DNA of 64,000 bases from Candidatus Zhuqueibacterota bacterium (lineage in GTDB: Bacteria > Zhuqueibacterota > Zhuqueibacteria > Zhuqueibacterales > Zhuqueibacteraceae), in contig JAKEEU010000332.1 of NCBI GenBank assembly GCA_022616415.1, positions 1,367 to 65,366 of the forward strand, in the 5' to 3' direction. How positions within the stretch are numbered: the stretch's first letter is position 1; every line of letters starts with the position of its first letter. The notes under the pieces are model-generated. The model had not been told where the DNA came from and made no database searches. It saw nothing but the letters and a program-made list of their open reading frames with translations. Positions 9,148 to 17,174 of this stretch are shown piece after piece. The position numbers and the translations under genes are program-made.

Positions 9148-10086
9148 TTATCGAGAGCTCTGCAAAAACCACGCGACGGTGCGTTTCAGGCCTTCCTTGA
9201 AATTGATGGCAGGGGAAAACCCCAGGAGGCGTTGCGCCCGTTCGATGGAAGCCATCGAGTGCTTCACATCGCCGGGGCGATCGGTTTCATAAACCGGCTG
9301 CGCTTTCTTCCCCATAATTTCAGCGAGGAGCTGCAATAGCGTATTGAGCGAGTACCGATCACCGCAAGCAATATTCATCGCATGGCCGGGCGTTGCCGCC
9401 GCGGTGCATGCCAGCAAGTTGGCCAGCACCACATTATCGACGTAAGTGAAGTCGCGCGATTGTTCGCCATCGCCATAAACAATGGGCGATTGATCGTTCA
9501 TCAAAGCGGTGATAAAACGTGGAATCACCGCGGCATATTGAGAGGTGGGATCCTGCTTGGGTCCGAAAACGTTAAAATAGCGCAAAACCACTGCCGGCAA
9601 GCCGTACACGGCGTGGAAAGACAGTGTGTAGCGCTCTCCGGCCAGCTTGGAGACGGCATACGGCGAAACCGGATTGGGCAACATGCTCTCATCTTTCGGC
9701 AAGCTCGGCGTGTTACCGTAAATCGACGAAGAGGAGGCCATAACGAAGCGCTTGACACGCGCTTGGTTCGCGGCCCAGAGCAGATTCAGTGTGCCGTTGA
9801 CATTCACGTCGTTCGAGGTGAGCGGGTCTTGCACCGACCGCGGCACCGAGCCGAGAGCGGCCTGGTGCAAAACGTAGTCGATGCCATCCACGGCGCGCTC
9901 GACTATAACCTGATCGCGAATATCGCCTTCGATAAGCTCGATTTTATTTTCCAGCTCGGCGAGGTTTTGGCGCCGTCCGGTTGAGAAATTTTCCAAAACG
10001 CGCACTGGCTGGCCGCGCTCTACGAGCGCCCGCACGATGTTGGAGCCGATAAAACCGCCGCCGCCGGTAACGAGATAATGTGCCAT
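9148..10086 (-). CDS. NAD-dependent NDP-sugar epimerase/dehydratase (WbpP/TviC-like 4-epimerase class)
   Basis: YLVTGGGGFIGSNIVRAL Rossmann motif, SSSSIYG, and YAVSKLAGE (the YxxxK catalytic motif). Start at the ATG at 10086. Confidence 0.8.
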   Translation of the reverse strand: MAHYLVTGGGGFIGSNIVRALVERGQPVRVLENFSTGRRQNLAELENKIELIEGDIRDQVIVERAVDGIDYVLHQAALGSVPRSVQDPLTSNDVNVNGTLNLLWAANQARVKRFVMASSSSIYGNTPSLPKDESMLPNPVSPYAVSKLAGERYTLSFHAVYGLPAVVLRYFNVFGPKQDPTSQYAAVIPRFITALMNDQSPIVYGDGEQSRDFTYVDNVVLANLLACTAAATPGHAMNIACGDRYSLNTLLQLLAEIMGKKAQPVYETDRPGDVKHSMASIERAQRLLGFSPAINFKEGLKRTVAWFLQSSR

Positions 10087-10100
10087 TAAATCCCTCCGTT

Positions 10101-11054
10101 TCATTTGAGAATGGCGTCGAAAAGAAGCTGAGCGCCCTTACGGTCGTATTCCGCCAGCTTTTGGTTGCGCTTGGCGCGATCGAACGCCGGATTGATTTGC
10201 TGCGCTTTCTCGAATTGTTGCACCGCCTTGTTGTTCACGAATTTGCTCATGATGACGTAGGCGACGCCGAGATGATTGTACAGGTCGGCGTAATTCGGAT
10301 GTTTCTCGATCACGTCTTGCAATTGGCGAATGTGGCGCCAGATCGCGGCGCTGTTGAGCTTTTTGCTATTATAAATAACTTGCAGATAAAAATCAATGAC
10401 AAAACCCAAATCCGCCGGCTTGGACACGCTGCGCTGGCCCTGCGTGAACGCGGCGTAGGCTTTTTCGTAATCGTTACGTTTGAGAAGTTCTTCGCCGCGG
10501 GAAGTGTGCTCATTTTTATATTGCGGATTGATTTTCGCCGCCTTTTCCAAATTCTCCATCACCCGTTGCTGGCAATTGACCGATAGCGCGAAATCCTCTT
10601 TGGTGGCGCCGTTGAGTACCAATGCCAAGGCGAGATTGAAGCAAGCGTCAGCATAATACGGATTGATATCGATGGCCCGTTGAAAGCGCTCCACGGCTTT
10701 TTTGCACCGCTCCTTTTTCAAATAAGCCACGCCCAAATTGTTGTAATAGTCGGCGCGCTCCGGCTTGAGGTTGATGGCCTGCTCCAATACCGCCACCGCC
10801 TCGTCATGTCTGCCGACGGCCATATACGCGCTGCCGAGGCTGTTGTAAAGCCCCGAAACGCGCGAATCGAGAATAATCGCTTCTTCAAACTCGCTGATAG
10901 CTTCATCATACATGCCTTTTTTCAAAAAGGCCTGTCCCAGCAGATTCTTCGTTTCCGCATTCTCCGAATCTTTCAGCTTCTCGGCGAGCTTGAGCAGGGT
11001 TTGGATCTCCGCTTTTTTAGAACGAACCCTCTCGTTGAAAACAAAATCGCCCAT
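10101..11054 (-). CDS. TPR-repeat protein
   Basis: Multiple TPR units (GQAFLKKGMYDEAISEFEEAIILD, YNSLGSAYMAVGRHDEAVAVLEQAINLKP, YNNLGVAYLKKERCKKAVERFQRAIDINP). Start chosen at the ATG at 11054, which does not overlap the upstream gene ending at 11140. Confidence 0.7.
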   Translation of the reverse strand: MGDFVFNERVRSKKAEIQTLLKLAEKLKDSENAETKNLLGQAFLKKGMYDEAISEFEEAIILDSRVSGLYNSLGSAYMAVGRHDEAVAVLEQAINLKPERADYYNNLGVAYLKKERCKKAVERFQRAIDINPYYADACFNLALALVLNGATKEDFALSVNCQQRVMENLEKAAKINPQYKNEHTSRGEELLKRNDYEKAYAAFTQGQRSVSKPADLGFVIDFYLQVIYNSKKLNSAAIWRHIRQLQDVIEKHPNYADLYNHLGVAYVIMSKFVNNKAVQQFEKAQQINPAFDRAKRNQKLAEYDRKGAQLLFDAILK

Positions 11055-11139
11055 AGGTAATCCTGTCCGATATAAGTAAATCCCTTGCTTGGCGCGGGCA
11101 GACCACCGCGCGTTGCCCCATACGCCCAAAGCCATCGAG

Positions 11140-13404
11140 CTAAATTTCCTCAGTAAGCGCCGGGGGATCGAACAATTGATCGGCATACTCCTGCCTCTTT
11201 TCGCGCGTGTTCAAGTCGGCCTCGCGCAGAAATCGATAAACCGTCGACTGGCTGATGAGTACCGGCGGCTCAAAACGATCTTTGATGAATTTGCAAATCA
11301 TGGCCGGACCAAAGTGGGGATGTGTCGCGACGACGGCTCGAACGATCTCTTCAAGATTGTCACTGGCCGGAATCTTTGGCAATGCCCCGTCCGGCGAATA
11401 GGCGTGATTCACTTCGTCATTGCCATTTTGCGAAGACAGCGACGGCAAATCCGAGGCGCGGGTGATCAACGCGGCATGTTCGTCGAGCGCAGGCGGCGTG
11501 AAAAAGTTTTCCGCAGAATCATTCTCCTGTAGAAATGCCGGCGTCTCCGCCGAGGGAGCGAAAGTTGTTTCGCTCTGCACCTCTACATCATCTTCGTGGG
11601 CACGCCAGCCGTCATCATCACCCGCCGCACCGGCGTGCGATGGAGCGGCAGATTCAGCCTGCGGCGTGATCGACGCTTTAGCTTTAGTTGATCGCCCTGT
11701 TTTGACACGCTTCATTTTGGACTTGTTCTTTTTTGTTCGAGCCGTCCTCTTTCTTTTAGATTTTGCCGGCGGATCGAACGAATCATTTCCCGGCGTATCT
11801 AAATTTTCGCCGGGCAAAGATGGCGCAGAAAAATCACCTTGCAGATCATCATCCGGGAGCATTGCATGCGCCTCTGCTTGCCGTGCGAAGTCGGGTTCGG
11901 CCTGCGCTTCTTCCTCCGCATCGTGCGTTGGCAAATCACGCAGATTATCAAACGAATCATCAGCACCGGTTTGTGACAAGGCTTCAAAATGGGTTGACAA
12001 TTCGCTTTCTTTCCCGCCCTTATCATAATCGCGCGCCTGATCCGGGAACGAGGAAAACGACTCATCTATTTCCAAATCATACGACAAAATTTCGGTTGCC
12101 GCAAAAGAAGACGATTCTTCATCCGTGGTTCCTTCTTCCATTTCATATTCTTCCGGAAACGTGTCGATTTCGTCAAGAATCCAGGGATCGCGAATATCCT
12201 GCGTTTCAAACTCATCGAACCCATCATCGCCATCGGGTGATGATTTGATAGGAGCATGCTCGAAGCCTGCTTCTGCAGAAGCCGATGCGGAATCCGTCTC
12301 GGCCCGGCTATTATCATCGACAAATGGCTCGTGCCCGGCAAAACTAAAATCCGGCGCGGCACCCAGCTCGGCAAATTCCTCGAAAGCGTTATCGGCATCT
12401 GAGCTCAAGCTTGGCGCAGGAGTTTCGCTTTCCGAGCCGGGCAATGAATCTTCTTCGTCAGGCTGGCTCGAAAACCGCTTCGTTGCACCGGAAGCAAAAA
12501 ACTGTTGCGGCTTTTCCTCTTCAGGGAACATGCGCACAGATTCTTTGAACATGTACGGATCGACGGGAGCCTTGCCGCCTGCCAATATTAGCTCCCACAT
12601 TTCCGGACCGCTTGCCGCCGGCGCCGGTAGCGTTAAATAATCTGAGCCGTTCTCGTCGCCACCCCCTGCAATGGCATAATTGTTCTGTGCTTTGACGCTG
12701 CGGTCCGCCGGTTCGGCTGCGCCATGCTCGTTATCAGACTCGGCTGAAGAATCTTCGTATTCGGCATAAGAATCTTCGTATTCAGTTTCGTCTGCATAAA
12801 CATCGCCGGCATACTCAGCTTGCTCGGCCATGCCGTCGTCGCCGTAAGACTCAGCCGAAGAACTTTCGTATTCACCTTCACCCGCATATTCATCGCCGGG
12901 ATATTCCGTCTGTTCCGCCGTGGCGTATTGGTCGTAAGTCGAATGAGAGGATTCACCATATTCGGCCATTTCTCGCGCATGCGAAGCGGCTTTGATTTCT
13001 TGCAAAATCGAAGGCCGCACCAACCGCGGGTCCGGCGCAACGACGGGCTGCGAGAAAGCGGCGAGGGCCTCATCCACCGTATCGAATGATTGAATGAAAC
13101 CATCCAGCTCGAGCAGCAGAAAAACGTCGTACATATCCGGGCTCATGTTCGCCAACTTGACGTCACCCTTTTTCCCGCGCACGCGACGGAGCTCCGCCTT
13201 GAACGCGCCCCAGCCGGCTGACGAAATAAACTCGACGTGGCCGAGATCGACGACGATTTTGTAAAAGTTCCTGGCTAAAAGATAACCGACCACTTTTTCA
13301 AATTCATTCACCGTGGAAGCGTCAAAAATATCTTTCAGGCGAATGACGTGGACGCGATTTTCGGTCACTTCGACCGTTTCTACCAGGCGCCTCTGGATAG
13401 CCAA
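11140..13404 (-). CDS. STAS-domain protein with a long acidic disordered region, a basic patch and a C-terminal HTH-like domain
   Basis: The N-terminal ~110 aa look like an anti-sigma-antagonist/STAS fold (VHVIRLKDIFDASTVNEFEKVV...VDLGHVEFISSAGWGAFKAE...VKLANMSPDMYDVFLLLELDGF). Next come ~450 aa rich in D/E/S/A, then KSKRKRTARTKKNKSKMKRVKTGRSTKAK. The tail is ICKFIKDRFEPPVLISQSTVYRFLREADL. Confidence 0.65.
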   Translation of the reverse strand: MAIQRRLVETVEVTENRVHVIRLKDIFDASTVNEFEKVVGYLLARNFYKIVVDLGHVEFISSAGWGAFKAELRRVRGKKGDVKLANMSPDMYDVFLLLELDGFIQSFDTVDEALAAFSQPVVAPDPRLVRPSILQEIKAASHAREMAEYGESSHSTYDQYATAEQTEYPGDEYAGEGEYESSSAESYGDDGMAEQAEYAGDVYADETEYEDSYAEYEDSSAESDNEHGAAEPADRSVKAQNNYAIAGGGDENGSDYLTLPAPAASGPEMWELILAGGKAPVDPYMFKESVRMFPEEEKPQQFFASGATKRFSSQPDEEDSLPGSESETPAPSLSSDADNAFEEFAELGAAPDFSFAGHEPFVDDNSRAETDSASASAEAGFEHAPIKSSPDGDDGFDEFETQDIRDPWILDEIDTFPEEYEMEEGTTDEESSSFAATEILSYDLEIDESFSSFPDQARDYDKGGKESELSTHFEALSQTGADDSFDNLRDLPTHDAEEEAQAEPDFARQAEAHAMLPDDDLQGDFSAPSLPGENLDTPGNDSFDPPAKSKRKRTARTKKNKSKMKRVKTGRSTKAKASITPQAESAAPSHAGAAGDDDGWRAHEDDVEVQSETTFAPSAETPAFLQENDSAENFFTPPALDEHAALITRASDLPSLSSQNGNDEVNHAYSPDGALPKIPASDNLEEIVRAVVATHPHFGPAMICKFIKDRFEPPVLISQSTVYRFLREADLNTREKRQEYADQLFDPPALTEEI

Positions 13405-13796
13405 GATATGCCTCTTTGGTGTTAGTGGTTGTGAATAAAGTTTCGTTAGAATGAAAATCTTTTTAACATTAGATATATACGTTCATGGGCGGGCAATGCG
13501 TAGAGAAGAGGGGGAGGGCGCGCCGGGCAAACGCCGTGTTTTCAGCCGTCGTAAAACGTCACGGCGCGGTATTTTTGCAAGAGAGCTGGCAATTTCGAAT
13601 CCGAAAGTGTGAAAGGCTCGCGGAAGGATTCAGACAAAACCCGGCCTCTTGACTTTTTGGGAATTGAGAAAAATATATCGAGATAGTTGGGGGAAAAGCG
13701 ATGAAAGGAATGCGCTGAAATGAAACAGGCGGGCGCAACGCGGGAGGTCGCGCGCCGCCGAAGCTGAAATATCGAAAATGAAACTTTACCGCTGAA

Positions 13797-14480
13797 TTAC
13801 TCCAACACCAACTGCAAACCGACTCCCACGCTCAAACCGCGCAAGCGCAAGACGTAGTCCTGCCTCATATTCATTCCCATCATGTTGTAATCGCCCGTAT
13901 ACTTTTGATCGGGCACGAGATGATAAATCGCCGTTATGCCTAAGCCGAGATGCCGCATAACATTTGCCTGCAGCTCCAAACCGGCATGTCCGGCGAAGCG
14001 ATTCAACGTCATTGGTGAAAAATTGTAAAAGTTGCCCATCGGCGTATCTTCGATGGTGGTGTGCATTTCAGTATGCCAAAGCGCCACGCCGCCGCGTGCA
14101 TTGAGGCGCACACCTCGGCTCGAAAGCAAGGGAGAAATAACGCCGGTTTCGATCCGCAGAATGCGCTCCGCGTGCTGCACGAAGGTCTCGTGCGGATGCC
14201 GCATTCGGGCGGTTTCGCTGCCTGAGAGGCTCTGCTGCAACGCCGAGAAAAGCCGCAGCCTCGCGCTGAGGTCGAAATTGAGTTGTGCGCCAAAGAAATG
14301 ATTATTGCCGTTGGCGAGATGGCGGGAATAACCGCCGCTCAAGGAGAGCGCTTTGGCAGTTTGTTTCGGGTTGTCGACGGGCTTAGGATCGGCGGCGTTG
14401 GCTTGCGCCATCGATCCGAGGCACAACACAACGACCACAAGTGATCGCGTGAATAATTTGTTTATCATAAGTGGCCTCAT
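13797..14480 (-). CDS. Outer-membrane beta-barrel protein (porin-family-like) with a signal peptide
   Basis: N-terminal signal peptide LVVVVLCLGSMAQANA, alternating amphipathic strands, and a C-terminal LSVGVGLQLVLE. Confidence 0.55.
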   Translation of the reverse strand: MRPLMINKLFTRSLVVVVLCLGSMAQANAADPKPVDNPKQTAKALSLSGGYSRHLANGNNHFFGAQLNFDLSARLRLFSALQQSLSGSETARMRHPHETFVQHAERILRIETGVISPLLSSRGVRLNARGGVALWHTEMHTTIEDTPMGNFYNFSPMTLNRFAGHAGLELQANVMRHLGLGITAIYHLVPDQKYTGDYNMMGMNMRQDYVLRLRGLSVGVGLQLVLE

Positions 14481-14496
14481 CTTTCTGAAACAAGGA

Positions 14497-14757
14497 TCAA
14501 CATCTCGGCCGCAGTTTGATAACGATACGTTTCGTGCCGATTAAAATGGAATTCAGGTTTACCGGGAGTGGCGCCGGCTGCTCGAAGACAAGTTGTCCAT
14601 TCTCAACGCGCGCGGTTAATTCGAGGCTGTCAGCAGCGTCTATAGCTGCCAGAATTTTAAAAAACTCTTCGGAGGTGAGAGCATCATATTCTGGTTTGGA
14701 CATATTGTCTAACATTAGATCAAATTCTTCTTCGCTCAGATCAGCTAATGTTTTCAT
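14497..14757 (-). CDS. Hypothetical small acidic protein
   Basis: An 86-aa ORF in a locally AT-richer segment. It overlaps the upstream small ORF by 17 nt. No family was recognised. Confidence 0.3.
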   Translation of the reverse strand: MKTLADLSEEEFDLMLDNMSKPEYDALTSEEFFKILAAIDAADSLELTARVENGQLVFEQPAPLPVNLNSILIGTKRIVIKLRPRC

Positions 14758-15031
14758 TGTGAGTCTCCTTTGTCTGTTGCCGGTTTAAGATTTTTTCCTT
14801 CCAAAGTGAGTAATCCACTGCTATCAGTTTGGTCTCACGCATTTGGACATTTAAAACTTTCGGAAAGAGGCTTGCAGCTTCATCCAAAGTCACCGCTTGC
14901 GTTTCTCCGTCTATGTTTTTCCACATAGCAGGAGTGAGAAGAACCGCCCACCGCCAAATTCGAACTGCATCCATGAATAGTCGGGTTATATAGAAATCGT
15001 GACGTAACGGGAAACTTCTTGTTATTTTCAA
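14741..15031 (-). CDS. Hypothetical small protein
   Basis: A 96-aa ORF that overlaps the next small ORF, giving an operon-like pair. No family was recognised. Confidence 0.3.
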   Translation of the reverse strand: MKITRSFPLRHDFYITRLFMDAVRIWRWAVLLTPAMWKNIDGETQAVTLDEAASLFPKVLNVQMRETKLIAVDYSLWKEKILNRQQTKETHNENIS

Positions 15032-15034
15032 GTT

Positions 15035-15802
15035 TTATCTTCCCGTAATCGAAAATCCCAATCCCAACCGCACTCTTGGCCCGGCCAGCGACACGCTGCC
15101 GCGACGCAAAAAATACGACTTGAATGGATCGCGTGGTTGGCGCCAGCCGTTTGCCACGTAGCCGCCGAAGACATATTGGCCCTCGGCAAACAAATAAGCG
15201 CCGCCGGCAAAAAGATGCTGCACGCCGAGCGTGACGCCAAACAGAAGCGCGGTGGCGTTGCTGCCGTCATCGAAAATCGGCAGATCGCCGGCCAGAGCGA
15301 TGGTGGCGGCCTCTTCCACTTTGGCAACCGCAATGCCCTGGCTGAGATAAGCTTCAGCGAAACGCGAAAGCGGCTGAAAAAGAAACGCCGTGAACGCCAC
15401 CGGCACGAGATCGAGGCGATGCGAATAGAACGGCGGCGAAGCCGGCGCCGGTTTTCCCGGCTCTAGCAGGGGCGCACGAATCTCGCTGCGCAGCGTGCTG
15501 ACCGTCACACCAAGGCCAAAGCGTTGCGTCAAACGCCAGCGCATTTCAAAGCCAAGCTCGCGGCCGCCAGGAAGGTCGGGCAGAAAGTACGAGTTCGCCA
15601 AGTCGTTGGTAAACGGATTGTTGTCGATGCGCGCGTATTGCTTGTTGTAAAAATCAAACGCGGGCCGGTACCAACCGATGGCGGGTTGCATCGACAGGCC
15701 GCGGGGAAATGGGGTTTTGTCGCCAGCGGACACGGGAACGGCAAAACCGGTAAGCGTGATGAATAAAAAAAAGCTTAGACGTTTTGAGGTAAATCGGTGC
15801 AT
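15035..15802 (-). CDS. Outer-membrane beta-barrel protein
   Basis: The start at ATG 15802 gives the signal peptide MHRFTSKRLSFFLFITLTGFAVPVSA. The sequence has beta-strand-rich composition and ends ...RLGLGFSITGR. It is the last gene of the TBDR/cargo/PorV cluster. Confidence 0.55.
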   Translation of the reverse strand: MHRFTSKRLSFFLFITLTGFAVPVSAGDKTPFPRGLSMQPAIGWYRPAFDFYNKQYARIDNNPFTNDLANSYFLPDLPGGRELGFEMRWRLTQRFGLGVTVSTLRSEIRAPLLEPGKPAPASPPFYSHRLDLVPVAFTAFLFQPLSRFAEAYLSQGIAVAKVEEAATIALAGDLPIFDDGSNATALLFGVTLGVQHLFAGGAYLFAEGQYVFGGYVANGWRQPRDPFKSYFLRRGSVSLAGPRVRLGLGFSITGR

Positions 15803-15936
15803 CAGACATGGTGGTTTGTAGTGAGGCTTTGAGGCGCATGAATACAAAATGAATTTCAATAATTCGTATTCATCACAATTATTTCTTAATTCCAGCGTTT
15901 TGCGCCTGAAGGCGCGACTACGAACGACTACGAACG

Positions 15937-15974
15937 GATAAAAGCGGGGCGCCATCAACCTGCGATGGCGCCCC
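15937..15974 (-). terminator. Rho-independent terminator downstream of the PorV-like gene
   Basis: 11-bp perfect stem GGGGCGCCATC (15946-15956) / GATGGCGCCCC (15964-15974). On the minus strand it is followed by GCTTTTAT. Confidence 0.5.
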
Positions 15975-16004
15975 TGGCCTTCCTCCTCCTCACTCCGCGT
16001 GACC

Positions 16005-17027
16005 TCAGAGGCGGAAGCCTAAGGAAAAGCGATGCGTTCTACCGAGAATGCCGAAGTCGTTGAAAGAATAATCGAGCATGAAGTTGTAGTTGGTAATAGG
16101 CAGGTTCAAGCCGCTGCCGAAGGTGAAGGATTCTTCGTCATAATTCAGCTTGTAGCCGCCGCGCAGAAAAACCCGGTCTGAAAACGAATACTCGGCGCCG
16201 AAGTTCAGTCTTTCATCGGCGTCGGTCGGGTGGTTGAAATCCGAAGCCAGCAGCAAGGTGCTCGACTCATTCCTGAAAACCTCCACCGACAGACCGACGC
16301 GAAAATTCAGCGGCAGCGGCCACGAGTTGACCACCAAATCCGCCGATTGTCCGATGTTGCCGCCCAGGACCGCATCGGCGTCAACCTCCCTTTGGGTGAG
16401 ATCGCGGCCGCCGAGCTTCATCTTGCCGCCAAAGTTGGACATGGCCATGCCGATCTTGATGCCGCGAATGCCGGTGTCGTACAAACTGCCGATGTCCATC
16501 GCCAGCGTATTAGCGGACGAATTGTAAATATTTTCCTGAATGTACTTGCCGGTGACACCGACCGCGAAGCGGTCGGTCAGCGCGCGGCTGTACGTCAACC
16601 CAAGCGCAAAACCGCTGGCGCTCCAGGTGACGCCAGAAGCGCCGTCGGGATCAGCCAGCGTAGTGACGCGCTCGTTATCCATGCCCAGCACAGCGGCGCT
16701 AAAACCGAGATTGCCGCTGCCGATCGGCACCACCAAACCGGCGAATTCAAATCGAATATCGAGAAGATAATCGACGTGGGTAAGATGGACTTCGAGATTT
16801 TTCAAATTGCCGACGCCGCCGGGATTCCAAAACAACGCTGAGGCGTCGTTGGCGACGGCGGCAAACGATTCGCCCATGGCGTTGGCGCGCGCGCCTACGG
16901 CAAATTTCAAAAATTGCGCGGCGCGGGTGCCATTATTGTTGAAACCCTCGGTCGTGGTGGCAAATTGCGCCAGCAAAGCGCCGGGAATCAGCGATGCCAC
17001 CACGGCGAAAAAGAAAGTTTTCTTCAT
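16005..17027 (-). CDS. PorV/PorQ-family outer-membrane protein (T9SS-associated)
   Basis: MKKTFFFAVVASLIPGALLAQ signal peptide, then GTRAAQFLKFAVGARANAMGESFAAVANDASALFWNPGG, which is the characteristic N-terminal motif of this family. Start at the ATG at 17027. Confidence 0.75.
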   Translation of the reverse strand: MKKTFFFAVVASLIPGALLAQFATTTEGFNNNGTRAAQFLKFAVGARANAMGESFAAVANDASALFWNPGGVGNLKNLEVHLTHVDYLLDIRFEFAGLVVPIGSGNLGFSAAVLGMDNERVTTLADPDGASGVTWSASGFALGLTYSRALTDRFAVGVTGKYIQENIYNSSANTLAMDIGSLYDTGIRGIKIGMAMSNFGGKMKLGGRDLTQREVDADAVLGGNIGQSADLVVNSWPLPLNFRVGLSVEVFRNESSTLLLASDFNHPTDADERLNFGAEYSFSDRVFLRGGYKLNYDEESFTFGSGLNLPITNYNFMLDYSFNDFGILGRTHRFSLGFRL

Positions 17028-17174
17028 ATCGAGTTTCTCCCTTGCAAATGTTGTAGCCCTGCCCCTCGTGGGGCACTGTTGAAAGACTGAATTAATTGTC
17101 ATCGAAAGCCGCCCACAAGCCCCGACCATCCTTAACGTCAAGATCAGGAAGATCGGGGCAAGAGACGGGGACTA

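Noticed and set aside
12650-12960. Repetitive acidic segment (YAGD.YADETEYEDS...) considered as an independent tandem-repeat feature.
   Set aside because: It lies in frame within the STAS-protein ORF and is best explained as a low-complexity coding region.
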